From positions 26,040 to 90,039 of the forward strand of contig CAXHJY010001373.1 of the NCBI GenBank assembly GCA_964016885.1: a DNA stretch of 64,000 bases. The letters run 5' to 3'. Shown piece by piece: positions 1-10,896 of this stretch. Position 1 is the first letter of the stretch; each line of letters starts with the position of its first letter. Source of the stretch: Eledone cirrhosa (taxonomy: Eukaryota). The position numbers were made by a program, and so were the translations under genes. A model generated the notes under the pieces. That model made no database searches, was not told the DNA's origin, and was given only the letters and a program-made list of their open reading frames with translations.

Positions 1-1160
1 GAACCCAGAACCACAAAGATCGAAAGTAAACTATACTATGGTTCAATTAGGTTCGGTACTCTGACGGAACCTTTTCATAATCGCCTCACCTGCTAGAAAT
101 ATTTGCCAAACTTATTCATGTCACATTCTACATTTTTTGTTTAAAGACACATCAGGTAATATAATCTGGGACACACTATGGCTAGATAAAACAAGATGGG
201 ATGGTCACAGTTGGAATGTGTTTGGTCATAAATCTGCTTAAATGTTGACCGTCTAAAGATCTCTATTTTTAGACACACGTTTGCGGCGGAAGGACATCAA
301 TCGGATTATATACCTCAGTAACCAATATTGTGTTTCGAGATCTTGAGAGAAGGTTGTATTGTTGTGAAAATAAAATCATATCAGTATATTACTGGTGCCT
401 TTGATCAAATCTTTACTAGATGTAGTAAAGAAAATGAAAAACAAACAAACCCGTATCAAGGTTTTAACGCAGATCGGAATACGACAATGCATTCAGGCTA
501 GTAGACCGGTGCACCACCTCTCTCTCTTCCATCACAACATGATCACCACAACAATAACTTATATATATATACTGTATATGTATATACAGAATTAGCTGAT
601 GAAACGGCAAGAGCTCAGCCGACGGTACCCGACTCTTTATAATATATATATACGTATATATTTGTATATATATATATTTATACTAGAACACGGTGTATAT
701 TAAAGGATTGAAACTAAATGTAGATTTAATTACGTGTTTATTAAAATTAAAAGCCTTATACTCTGAAAAAAAAAATGAAAGGAAACATGTTCAACTATTC
801 CTCTGTACACATGACTATATAGATTGGGGCGGAATGAGAGTGCTCAACATTCTATGTATGTCCTGTTAGTCTAGGTTGTATGGAATATTGTAGTGCGGTA
901 AATATCAAGTCGGTGTATATAATGTATGTGTATAATGTGTTGCATTTTTTGGTCATTAGAGAGGGAACGTTTGAGGCCCATTACGTTTTTTCCTTGGGAA
1001 AACATACTTGTGATGACGACTTTAGCTTTAAAATATTCTTGAAAAATTATCAAACATACGCAAATGTATATATATATATATACACGAACGAGATATTGTT
1101 GACTGGTACTCGAGTTTCGCTGAGCCAAAGGCTAATTCGTCTGAATGTATGGGTGATTGC

Positions 1161-1193
<33 letters not shown>

Positions 1194-1194
<1 letters not shown>

Positions 1195-1386
1195 GTTATT
1201 CCGGGTTGAATCGGAGGTAACCACAGTAAGTAAGGTACTCAATACATAGCAGAGTATAACAGTTTTAATATAGATGAGATTCTACAGGACTAGAACTGTT
1301 TCATTCATTAGAAATCATCAGGGAGATTCCTGATGATTTCTAATGAATGAAACAGTTCTAGTCCTGTAGAATCTCATCTATATTAA

Positions 1387-1390
<4 letters not shown>
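1194..1390. mobile_element. Fold-back element 1: perfect 62-bp inverted repeat + 67-nt tail between (TA)n tracts
   Basis: Arms 1261-1322 and 1329-1390, 6-nt loop, tail 1194-1260. Confidence 0.9.
1323..1375 (+). ncRNA. Type I hammerhead ribozyme motif
   Basis: Stem I GAGAUUC/GAAUCUC; core CUGAUGA; stem II U-UUC-uaau-GAA-U; GAAA; stem III ACAG/CUGU; GUA triplet with predicted cleavage after 1368. Confidence 0.8.
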
Positions 1391-1425
<35 letters not shown>

Positions 1426-1426
<1 letters not shown>

Positions 1427-1611
1427 CGAAGGAATTGTGGTAAGGAACCAGATGGACCATAGCGCACCAAAGTACTTAGGGTAGTAGAGTGGGTAATAGG
1501 AACAAGTATGATCCCGACGGCAGAGCTCAAGCCGTTTCGACGGCTATTTCTGGACTGAAATAGCCGTCGAAACGGCTTGAGCTCTGCCGTCGAGGTCATA
1601 CTTGTTCCTAT
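1426..1611. mobile_element. Fold-back element 2: 55-bp inverted repeat (2 mismatches) + 70-nt tail between (TA)n; contains the 3' half of a hammerhead
   Basis: Arms 1496-1550 and 1557-1611. GAAACGGC-uugagcucu-GCCGUC gives stem III with a palindromic GAGCUC loop and a GUC triplet. The CUGANGA box is lost or altered at the fold. Confidence 0.85.
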
Positions 1612-1969
1612 ATATATATAAATATATATACACACGCACACACGTTCTGACTCATCTCTGTTGTCATTGGAATATATATTAAATATTAAAAAAATGGCAG
1701 CTGATATATCACTGGTTATAAAGTCAGGGTCCGCTGTAATTTGTATGTGTGAGGTGGGATAAGATAGGTATGATACGCAAGATTGGCGTACCATCCCTTG
1801 CTACCGTCACTAGTGTATTTATTACCAGAATATAAGCACTTTTACTCCTTCTTTCTAACAATATCATGTTACTACACACCCAATCATACTTACACACGTG
1901 TGTATATATAGTTTCGTTACACGTTGTAGAAAGTAGTAGTTGGCAGGAGTCATGTTTGTTATAACACAC

Positions 1970-2000
<31 letters not shown>

Positions 2001-2142
2001 CCAAGTTTACTTGGTGAGGAGGGTGATTTTGGACACCCTGTAGGACAAAAAACAAACCCTGACAAAGGGCGGAAGAACTCATAAGAGTCAACGGCCATCG
2101 AAAAATGTGTAAATATGTATGTACACATGTACATATGTATAT

Positions 2143-2435
2143 GCGCGGGGACATCGAAATAGCCAGGCTGGATACTCGATCGCGCAGTTAAACCACTGGG
2201 AGTGAAGGACCTCTAGCCTTTGTCAAGGCGTCCTTCTAGGAGAAGGTAACTCAGGAAACTGGGATAACTCCAACATAAAACCTACGGCTCAGTAGTTACC
2301 GATGATGTTGATCTTTTCTTCTTTTTGGGTTATAGCTACTGTTGCTCAGAGAGTGGGATTGGCTCAGTGCCTTTCCTCACTTTAAAAAAAAATCATCACG
2401 CACAGGCATTGCACGATAGAATTAATTGATAATTA
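2143..2435 (+). mobile_element. Solo copy of the family B 5' leader (non-autonomous derivative)
   Basis: 2191-2416 aligns by eye with 51441-51669 (aaccactgggagtgaag...ggctcagtagttaccgatgatgttgatc...cacaggcattgcacga). Extra 5' hairpin gcgcg...cgcgc at 2143-2185. Confidence 0.8.
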
Positions 2436-2440
2436 TTAAT

Positions 2441-2628
2441 AATTGTTTCTACTTTAGGCACAAGGCCAGCAATTACCCAGTGCATTACTGGTACTTTATT
2501 TTATCGACCCCGTAAGGATGAAAGGCAAAGTCAACCTCGGCAGGATTTGAACTCAGATCGTAAAGGGACGTAACTATGCTGGAAAGCATGGCATCCGACC
2601 CTCTACCGATACTGCCAATCCACCGCCC
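2441..2628 (-). mobile_element. SINE family S2 (gcctttcatccttacggggtcgataaa core, Nin-domain-like)
   Basis: Head gggcggtggattggcagtatcggtagag, B-box gagttcaaatcc, tail gccttgtgcc..aagtagaaacaatt. Confidence 0.8.
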
Positions 2629-2731
2629 TTAATATATTATTAATATATTAATAATAATAATAATTATTAATAATGTTATATAAAAGACGTAAAATAAGAA
2701 AATGTTAAAAAATTAAAAAAATTAACTTACT

Positions 2732-2809
<78 letters not shown>

Positions 2810-2899
2810 TTGTTTTCTTTAAACAGCATCTTGTGATGAGATTGTATAGGAGTGAGAGTAATATGATTGTTAGGTACTGATTTTGTTTAACCCCAGGTC

Positions 2900-3296
2900 C
2901 TTTTCCTTTCATCCTTACGGGGCCGATGAAATAAAGCACCGGTAATACACCGGAGTCGATTTAATTGACTTTCCCTCCCCTAAAATTGTTGGCTTGTTCC
3001 TAAATCAGAAACCATAATCCAGCCGAGGTTAACTTTGCCTTTCATCCTTACGGGGTCGATAAAATAAAGTACCAGTAATACACTGGAGTAATAGCTGGCC
3101 TTGTGCCAAAAGTAGAAACAATTATTACAGAGGGTTGGATGCCATGCTTTCTAGTATAGTTACGTCCCACTACGGTCTGAGTTCAAATCCCGTCGAGGTT
3201 AACTTTCCCTTTCATCCTTACAGGGTCGATAAAATAAAGTACCAGTAATGTATTGGGTAATTGCTGGCCTTGTGCCAAAAGTATAAACAATTATTG
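2900..3296 (+). mobile_element. Three head-to-tail, partly truncated S2 copies
   Basis: The core ctttcatcctta..gggtcgataaaataaagtacc occurs near 2906, 3039 and 3209. Confidence 0.8.
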
Positions 3297-3569
3297 CCAA
3301 ATGTGACCTTCCATTTTTTAAAGACATTTTTTATGTGATTTGAGGGAGATTTGGCTGTTATTTCTAGTTGATGAGTGATCGCATAGAGGCTTCTTTGTAT
3401 AGTAGTGGGAAAGATTTGGCTTCTATATCTAGCAAGTTAGTGACCACATAGAGATTTCCTGGTTGGCTTATGTGATTTTGTTTGTGTGTTTATATGGTGG
3501 TATAAAGTGACTACATATAGCTTCCTGGTTGGCTTGTATCCTTGTTTATATATTGATAGTGTAGTTAGA

Positions 3570-4682
3570 GTTGTGTGAGGTGGTAGTGGTGTGTGAGGTG
3601 GTGTGGTTATGTTGTGTGAGGTGGTGTGGTTATGTTGTGTGAGGTGGTGTGGTTATGTTGTGTGAGGTGGTGGTGTGGTTATGTTGTGTGAGGTGATAGT
3701 GTGGTTATTTTGTGTGAGGTGATAGTGTAGTTCGAGTTGTGTGAGGTGGTAGGGGTGTGGTTATGTTGTCTGAGGTGGTAGGGGTGTGGTTATGTTGTCT
3801 GAGGTGGTAGGGGTGTGGTTATGTTGTCTGAGGTGGTAGTGGTGTGGTTATGTTGTCTGAGGTGGTAGTGGTGTGGTTATATTGTGTGAGGTGGTAGTGT
3901 GGTTATGTTGTCTGAGGTGGTAGTGAGATTATGTTGTGTGAGGTGGTAGTGGTGTGGTTATGTTGTGTGAGGTGGTAGTGGTGTGGTTATGTTGTGTGAG
4001 GTGGTAGTGGTGTGGTTATGTTGTGTGAGGTGGTAGTGGTGTGGTTATGTTGTGTGAGGTGGTAGTGTTATGCTGTGTGAGGTGGTAGTGTGGTTATGTT
4101 GTGTGAGGTGGTAGTGTGGTTATGTTGTGTGAGGTAGTAGTGGTGTGGTTATGTTGTGTGAGGTGGTAGTGGTGTGGTTATGGTGTGTGAAGTAGTGGTG
4201 TGGTTATGTTGTGTGAGGTAGTGGTGTGGTTATGTTGTGTGAGGTGGTAGTGGTGTGGTTATGTTGTGTGAGGTGGTAGTAGTGTGGTTATGTTGTGTGA
4301 GGTAGTGGTGTGGTTATGTTGTGTGAGGTAGTAGTGGTGTGGTTATGTTGTGTGAGGTGGTAGTGTTATGCTGTGTGAGGTAGTAATGGTGTGGTTATGT
4401 TGTGTGAGGTGGTAGTGCGTTTATGTCGTGTGAGGTGCTGGTGTGGTTATGTTGTGTGAGGTGGTAGTAGTGTGGTTATGTTGTGTGAGGTGGTGGTGGT
4501 GTGGTTATGTTGTGTGAGGTGGTGGTGTGGTTATGTTGTGTGAAGTGGTAGTGGTGTGGTTATGTTGTGTGAGGTGGTAGTGTGTTTATGTCGTGTGAGG
4601 TGGTAGTAGTGTGTTTATGTCGTGTGAGGTGGTAGTAGTGTGGTTATGTTGTGTGAGGTGGTCGTGGTGTGGTTATGTTGTG
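3570..4682. repeat. G/T-rich minisatellite, unit about 26-29 bp (gtgaggtggtagtggtgtggttatgttgt)
   Basis: Roughly 40 tandem units visible. Confidence 0.95.
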
Positions 4683-4772
4683 ATATGTAAGAAGTACCAG
4701 TATTAGTAGCTTGTCATAGCAGCTGATCCCTCTGCAAGATTAATCCTAACCTGCTTTAACAGGGAACGTACC

Positions 4773-4998
4773 TTAACTCTTTACCATTTACATTACTCTA
4801 TATTTACTATTGTATTTTCACGATAAACACTTTATTTCAAATAATTATCACACATATGGAATCTACGAGATTTTACTATTATATATTTTGAGAACAACAC
4901 CTTAACATTGGTATGAGTGGCCAGTTATGGCCAGTTTGAACAGAAAGAGGTGAGAGAATTCTGGTTGGATATGGCCAGTTTACATGCTAAAGGGTTAA
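4773..4998. mobile_element. piggyBac-type MITE family P1
   Basis: TTAA-CTCTTTACCAT...ATGCTAAAGGG-TTAA. Homologous to the copies at 24608, 26661 and 31670. Confidence 0.72.
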
Positions 4999-5091
4999 AG
5001 CATTTGTTGTTATTAAGCCCCAGATCATTCCTTTTTGAGCAAACCTATGATCAAGACATTCCAGTTGTGACCAATGTGTTCTTCCTTTTTA

Positions 5092-5267
5092 ATAATTGTT
5101 TCTACTTTTGGCACAAGGCCAGCAATTAAACAGTGCATTACTGGTACTTTATTTTATCGACCCCGTGAGGATGAAAGGCAAAGTCAACCTCGGCGGGATT
5201 TTAATTCAGATTGTAGAGGGACGTAATTATGCTTGAAAGCATGCTGTCCAACCCTCTACCGATACTG
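5092..5267 (-). mobile_element. SINE S2 copy
   Basis: Reverse complement of the S2 core and tail. Confidence 0.8.
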
Positions 5268-5543
5268 AATGGCAGGGCATAATTTCAGGTTGATTTAGCT
5301 CTTAATTCTAGCCAAATCAAAGGACTATGTACCCCCCTCCCCCCTCATATGTGATGCAGGTGATGTCTTTTAAAAATGATATTCAGTAATTAAGATCTAG
5401 AGAAGGGCAACAAAGTGTATGTAGATGTATGGATGTGAGTGGTTGCATGCATATGTGAATGTGTTTATATGTATGCATGTGTGTGTGTGTGGTGGAGGTT
5501 ACATATTATAATTAAGACTCTTAGATGGTTTCTGAAATTGTCA

Positions 5544-8500
5544 ATCATCATCATCATTGTTTAACGTCCGTGTTCCATGCTTGCATGGGTTTGGACGGAG
5601 GGTTTTCCCACTTGAGGCAAGAGTGGTTATCTTGCTCGCATAGGACTATCTGGCGGGTTTTCTACAGCTGGATGCCCTTCCTAACACCAACCACATTTAC
5701 AGTGTGGGGCTGGGAGGTTTTTACCGTGTTGCCTACACGGCCACATTACAGCGTGAACTGTGTGTTTTTTTGACGTGACACCTACACGATCTCATTTGTT
5801 TCGGCCTGGATGTTGTGGCACCAACATAACTTTACATTGAAAGGGGCGGTGTGGATGGGGTGGGGGTGGTGGGACGGGGGTGTATTTTGTTAGAGATGCC
5901 TACTGGCTGTAGTAGGTTTTACTTTGTATTTAGGTAAGGCGGGTCTTCTCTATTACTGAGTACCGCCAAAGGTCTCGGTCCAGTGACATTGTCTTGGTGA
6001 GGTGTAAGTGTGTGAGGTCGGAATTTATCAGCTCGTCCCAGGTTTTTCTGGGTCTGCCTATTCCGTGGCTACCGTCTATCTTTATTGCCCTGCACTTTGT
6101 TATACAGCTATCGTCCTTCATGCGCATCACGTGACCATACCAACGTAGCCTTCTCTCGAGTAAACAACATCTGATCCCTCTTATTTCTAATTTTTTCCTT
6201 AGTTCGTTTATGCTTTGCCGTTCATGTATATTACTATTACACATCCAGCGGAGCATGCAAGCTTCGTTTCTCTCTAGTCTGCGTATATCCTCTGCACACA
6301 ATGCCCAGGTCTCACTGCCGTGCAACATTGCTGTTCGTATGCAGGCATCGTACAACCTGCCTTTCATTTTTAGGGAGAACCCTTTAGCGGCTAATAGTGG
6401 TATGAGCTCTCTGAACTTTTTCCACCCAGTTCTGACTCTAGCTACTGTACTTTCAGAGCACCCTCCCCCACTGCTGATTTTGTCACCCAGGTAACGGAAG
6501 CTGTCCACTATTTCTATAGAACCCTCTGCGCAGTTGAAAGAGCTAGTATTTTGTGGGCACTTGCTGCTACTTATTGCCCCAGAACACCGGCCACATGTAA
6601 AATCTATGTTCTTAGTTAGCTTACTTGTGATCCCACTACATCTTTTATGCACCCAAACTTTGCATTTGGGACACAAAATGGAGTTTCTACCTACGCCTTT
6701 CCTACACTCTGAGCATGGCCACTTCCCGGAGGGGACCGCCGCCTTATTTTCTTTCTTACAAACTAGAACTTTAGTCTTAGCCAGGTTAATTTTAAGGCCT
6801 TTTGATACTAGGCCGTGCTTCCATGTTTGGAATTTCTTCTCTAGCTCGGCCATTGTTTCAGCTATAAGCGTTAGATCATCTGCGTATAGGAGTTCCCATG
6901 GGCAGCCGGTCTTGAACTCCACTGTTATAGCCTGGAGGGCAATAATAAATAGTAGGGGGCTAAGAACAGAGCCCTGATGAACACCAACTTTTACACTAAA
7001 CTCTTCACTATATTCGTTGTTAATTCTAACCTTGCTGACTGTTTCTTTATACATGGCTTGTATAGCTCTCACAAGCCATTCATCAACACCTAGTTTTCTA
7101 AGAGCCCACCAGATAATGGAACGGGGGACTCTGTCGAAGGCTTTCTCCAAGTCAACGAAAGCTAAGTATAGGGGTTTCCTTTTAGCTAGGTACTTCTCCT
7201 GTAGTTGTCGTACAATGAAAAGAGCGTCTGTGGTACTTTTTCCTGACACAAACCCAAACTGCATTTCATCTAGATCAATTCTCTCTCTGATTAGTTGCGC
7301 TATTACTTTTTCCGTGACCTTCATGATCTGGTCGATTAATTTAATGCCTCTATAGTTACTCCTATCTAGGGCATCTCCTTTACCCTTATAACAGTTAACG
7401 ATGATGCTGCTATGCCAGTCCTTCGGAACAGCCCCATTCTGTATGACTTGGTTGACTATCCGGGTGACCATGGTGTGTCCCACCGTACCAGATGCCTTCA
7501 GCATCACGGCAACTATTTCCGAAGGCCCAGCCGCCTTACCCGTCTTCATATCTTTGATTGCCTTACTTATTATACTACCCTCGACTAACACTGCTGGTCC
7601 CTCTATTGGGTCGATGTGGGGGAGACTGTCTTTCTCCCATTTATTCTCCTCATTTAGTAGCCTTTCATAGTGACACTTACAAACTACCTTCTTATCAGCG
7701 TCGGTGATGGCAAGTACGCCGTCATCATTAAGTACACACTTCTCCCCGACAATATCACTGTTTTCCTTGACACATTGCCTAGCAATCCTGAACACCTCAC
7801 GTTTTTGGTCCTCACGTTGTAGAACATGCTTGAACTTTCTTTCCTCTGCTTCCCTTCTTGCGAAGTACACTTGTCTCCTAGCTTCCCTCCTGGCCACTTG
7901 ATAGTCTTCTCTACTTCCCCCATCCCGCCATACTTTCCAAGCCTGCTTTTTGGACTTGATTGACTCCTCCACCTTACTGTTCCACCACCAAGTTACTCTC
8001 CTCCTGCCAACAGGCCTGCTCCAGCCACAGACTTCATCTGTCGCCATCAGCAGGTTTGCTTTCAGAAATTCCCACTGTCCTTTAGAGTCGGACAATATAT
8101 TGTCCGACTCTAAATGCTCTTCCTTACTGTCGAAAGCATCAAGTAATATGCTTTGAAATTTATTTCTGGCTGTGGGGTCCTTTAGCTTCCATATTTTTCT
8201 CCTGAGGATAGTCCTCTTCTGTTGTCTAGTACGTCTCGTCCTGACTATTAGGTCGCTAATTATCAGTCTATGTTGGGAGGTGCATTCTTCATGGGGGAGG
8301 GATTTAGTGTTTACAACAGTCACTCTGTCACGTCTCCTGGTAAGGATATAATCTACCTGGCTGGTATGTTCCCCTGATCTGTAGGTGATCAAGTGATTGT
8401 CTCGTTTTTTGAAGTTAGTGTTGCAGATAGTTAGGTTATTTGCGTCACAGAATTCCAGGATTCTGGAGCCTTCCTCATTTCTAGTACCAAACCCATAGCC

Positions 8501-9740
8501 TCCATGGATTTCGTCGTAGCCGTCACAATGTTGTCCAACGTGACCATTTAGGTCGCCCGCAATAATTATATAGTCACTGTTGGTTATTTGGGAGGTAGTG
8601 AGCATCAGCGTCTCATAGAATCTGTCTTTTATAGTGCTGGGCAGTCCGGATTGGGGTGCGTACGCGGATATTACTGTCACCGTAGTTCTATTGAGGACAA
8701 GTCTTATTTTAATTATTCTGTCGTTCACTCTATTTACGTCTATTATGTTATCTGCCCACTTTTCTGCTACCATAATTCCTACTCCACCCAGCCCATTGTC
8801 ATTTCCCACCCAGAAAAGCTTATAGCATCGTTTTCTACCCACAATGAATCTAGCAGATCCACCCCTCCACCTGGTCTCTTGAATACAACAAACATCGACC
8901 TCCTTACGTTCAAGCATTTCTACAACCTCGTTAGAGCAACCCTTTAAGGTGCCTACATTCAAGGTACCAACTCTGAAGTTTTGGATTGCGTTTGGGGGGT
9001 GGGAACGGTGGGGAGCGGGGGGAGACGGGGTTATGTTGGCCATCCGCGGCCGAAACAAAGAGGAATGCTCGCATTCTCGTCCACGAGGTGTGTTTGTCTT
9101 TATCTTTGGCATTGTCGCTGAGCGTCCAGATTTTTCTCTCTTCAACTCTCCGGAACTCCGTAGTCCTTCCATCCTACATATCGAAGGCGACCAGGTAAGC
9201 GATAGTATAGGCCTCTGGCTTATGATTGGTCCACGTAATAATAATGGTGGTGCATGGGGGTGGGAGGGAGGGGTGTTGAGTTGTTAGCGAGAATAATAGG
9301 TTTAAGTGAGAACCTCGAATTTAACAAACAAAAATACAAGATTTGTTTAGTAAAATACGCCAAAAACTTTCGTATTTAACATGAAATGACGAAATACAAG
9401 ATTTGTTTTGGAAAATACGAGATAGGATACATAGGAAATAGGATGGAATGGCTAGTAGGGAAGAAGAATTGGAATGAGGATAGAAATGCTATAGGGTTTG
9501 GAAGGACTATGAAATTAAGCGGATGTTAGAAAAGTTAGAAAAATGTGCACGTTACATTATACCATTGAATGAAAAACGGCCACAAATTTGGCGAAAGTGG
9601 ATTTCTTGTGTGGGTTATCTTATATATATATATGGATAGAGAGAGGGGGGGGGGGGGTTGACCGCATGTTGTAGAGTGTGGTGGAGGGGGAGAAGATATT
9701 AAGGAGCGGGAATTAAGAGTTTGAAATAATAACAAATATA
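5544..9740 (-). mobile_element. Near full-length RTE-clade LINE (family A, PHD-containing)
   Basis: Single APE-RT ORF, 3'UTR at 5558-5929 and (TGA)n tail at 5544-5557. Pyrimidine-rich upstream sequence on the - strand; the 5' boundary is approximate. Confidence 0.9.
5930..9172 (-). CDS. RTE ORF, 1080 aa: AP endonuclease + reverse transcriptase + C4HC3 PHD finger
   Basis: APE motifs GTLNVGTL, IQETRW, SAYAP, GDLN, DYIL, SQHR. RT motifs YRGIKL, DLEKAFD, QGSVLSP, YADD, YLG. C-terminal RLRWYGHVMR and GRPRKTW. No stops. Confidence 0.95.
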   Translation of the reverse strand: MEGLRSSGELKREKSGRSATMPKIKTNTPRGRECEHSSLFRPRMANITPSPPAPHRSHPPNAIQNFRVGTLNVGTLKGCSNEVVEMLERKEVDVCCIQETRWRGGSARFIVGRKRCYKLFWVGNDNGLGGVGIMVAEKWADNIIDVNRVNDRIIKIRLVLNRTTVTVISAYAPQSGLPSTIKDRFYETLMLTTSQITNSDYIIIAGDLNGHVGQHCDGYDEIHGGYGFGTRNEEGSRILEFCDANNLTICNTNFKKRDNHLITYRSGEHTSQVDYILTRRRDRVTVVNTKSLPHEECTSQHRLIISDLIVRTRRTRQQKRTILRRKIWKLKDPTARNKFQSILLDAFDSKEEHLESDNILSDSKGQWEFLKANLLMATDEVCGWSRPVGRRRVTWWWNSKVEESIKSKKQAWKVWRDGGSREDYQVARREARRQVYFARREAEERKFKHVLQREDQKREVFRIARQCVKENSDIVGEKCVLNDDGVLAITDADKKVVCKCHYERLLNEENKWEKDSLPHIDPIEGPAVLVEGSIISKAIKDMKTGKAAGPSEIVAVMLKASGTVGHTMVTRIVNQVIQNGAVPKDWHSSIIVNCYKGKGDALDRSNYRGIKLIDQIMKVTEKVIAQLIRERIDLDEMQFGFVSGKSTTDALFIVRQLQEKYLAKRKPLYLAFVDLEKAFDRVPRSIIWWALRKLGVDEWLVRAIQAMYKETVSKVRINNEYSEEFSVKVGVHQGSVLSPLLFIIALQAITVEFKTGCPWELLYADDLTLIAETMAELEKKFQTWKHGLVSKGLKINLAKTKVLVCKKENKAAVPSGKWPCSECRKGVGRNSILCPKCKVWVHKRCSGITSKLTKNIDFTCGRCSGAISSSKCPQNTSSFNCAEGSIEIVDSFRYLGDKISSGGGCSESTVARVRTGWKKFRELIPLLAAKGFSLKMKGRLYDACIRTAMLHGSETWALCAEDIRRLERNEACMLRWMCNSNIHERQSINELRKKLEIRGIRCCLLERRLRWYGHVMRMKDDSCITKCRAIKIDGSHGIGRPRKTWDELINSDLTHLHLTKTMSLDRDLWRYSVIEKTRLT

Positions 9741-9788
9741 TTTAAAATATTGTATGAGAGAATAATAGGTTGCAATGTATGTGTTTAT

Positions 9789-10220
9789 TGGTGGTGGTGG
9801 TGTGGTGTAGTGGTGGTGGTGTGATGTAGTGGTGATAGTGTGTAACAGTGATGGTGTGGTGTAGCAGTGATGGTGTGGTGTAGCAGTGATGGTGTGGTGT
9901 AACAGTGATGGTGTGGTGTAACAGTGATGGTGTGGTGTAGCGGTGGTGGTGTGGTGTAACAGTGGTGGTGTGGTGTAGGAGTGATGGTGTGGTGTAGCGG
10001 CGGTGGTGTAGCAGCGGTGGTGTGGTGTAGCGGCGGTGGTGTGGTGTAGCGGCGGTGGTGTGGTGTAGCGGTGGTGGTGTGGTGTAGCAATGGTGGTGTG
10101 GTGCAGCAGTGGTGGTGTGGTGTAGCAGTGGTGGTGTGGTGCAGCAGTGGTGGTGTGGTGCAGCAGTGGTGGTGTGGTGCAGCAGTGGTGGTGTGGTGTA
10201 GCAGTGGTGGTGTGGTGTGG
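9789..10220. repeat. G/T-rich minisatellite, unit about 20 bp (gtggtgtagcagtggtggtg)
   Basis: Tandem units with local variant blocks. Confidence 0.95.
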
Positions 10221-10896
10221 CGATTGTGGTGTATATGAAGTGCGAGACCAAGAGATGGGGGAGGTGCCTTCTTATACTTGTCATGTAAGCTACCAGCTTA
10301 ATAAGCTGAGATATCATATTTTAATGTCAATACATTATGCCTGTTCCCGCCCTTCCCCAAACTACACACATGCATGCTGATACACATGCATAGACATGCA
10401 GACACACATGCACACACACACACTGATACACATGCATAGACATGCAGACACACATGCACACACACACACACATGCACACACACACACACACACATGCACA
10501 CACACATTCTCTCACACAACACAAACAAAAGCAACAGGCATTATCTGTTAAGCTTCATTGTAGAAGCTGTGCAAGGTTATTATTTAGGGTTGAAATTCCT
10601 TCATTGTCTTTCCCCACCACCCTTTCATACCCCCTCCTCAGGCAGATTCCCCTGTTTTTCTGCTATTTATCCCATATTTTCACCTCCTACTCTTGTCACC
10701 CACCCCCACCCATCTCTACCTTGTCACCCTCTGATTTTCTTTTATCTCTGTTGTTTAACGCTACCCTCCTCCCGTTCTCACACACATGTCCAGACTTTAA
10801 GGGGGTGAGGGTAACTGGCTATCTGTTACTGCCATAACCTGACACACACATGAATACACACACAGATACATTGACATGCACATTCACAAATACAAC

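Noticed and set aside
3570-4682. Telomeric or G-quadruplex array
   Set aside because: Only GG runs for the most part and no TTAGGG-type unit; an ordinary minisatellite.
6210-9287. Multiple + strand ORFs (and - strand ORFs at 52066-55048 and 57117-58667)
   Set aside because: Antisense shadows of the RTE ORFs.
9742-10317. His/Thr/Pro-rich 191-aa ORF
   Set aside because: Translation of the 20-bp minisatellite.
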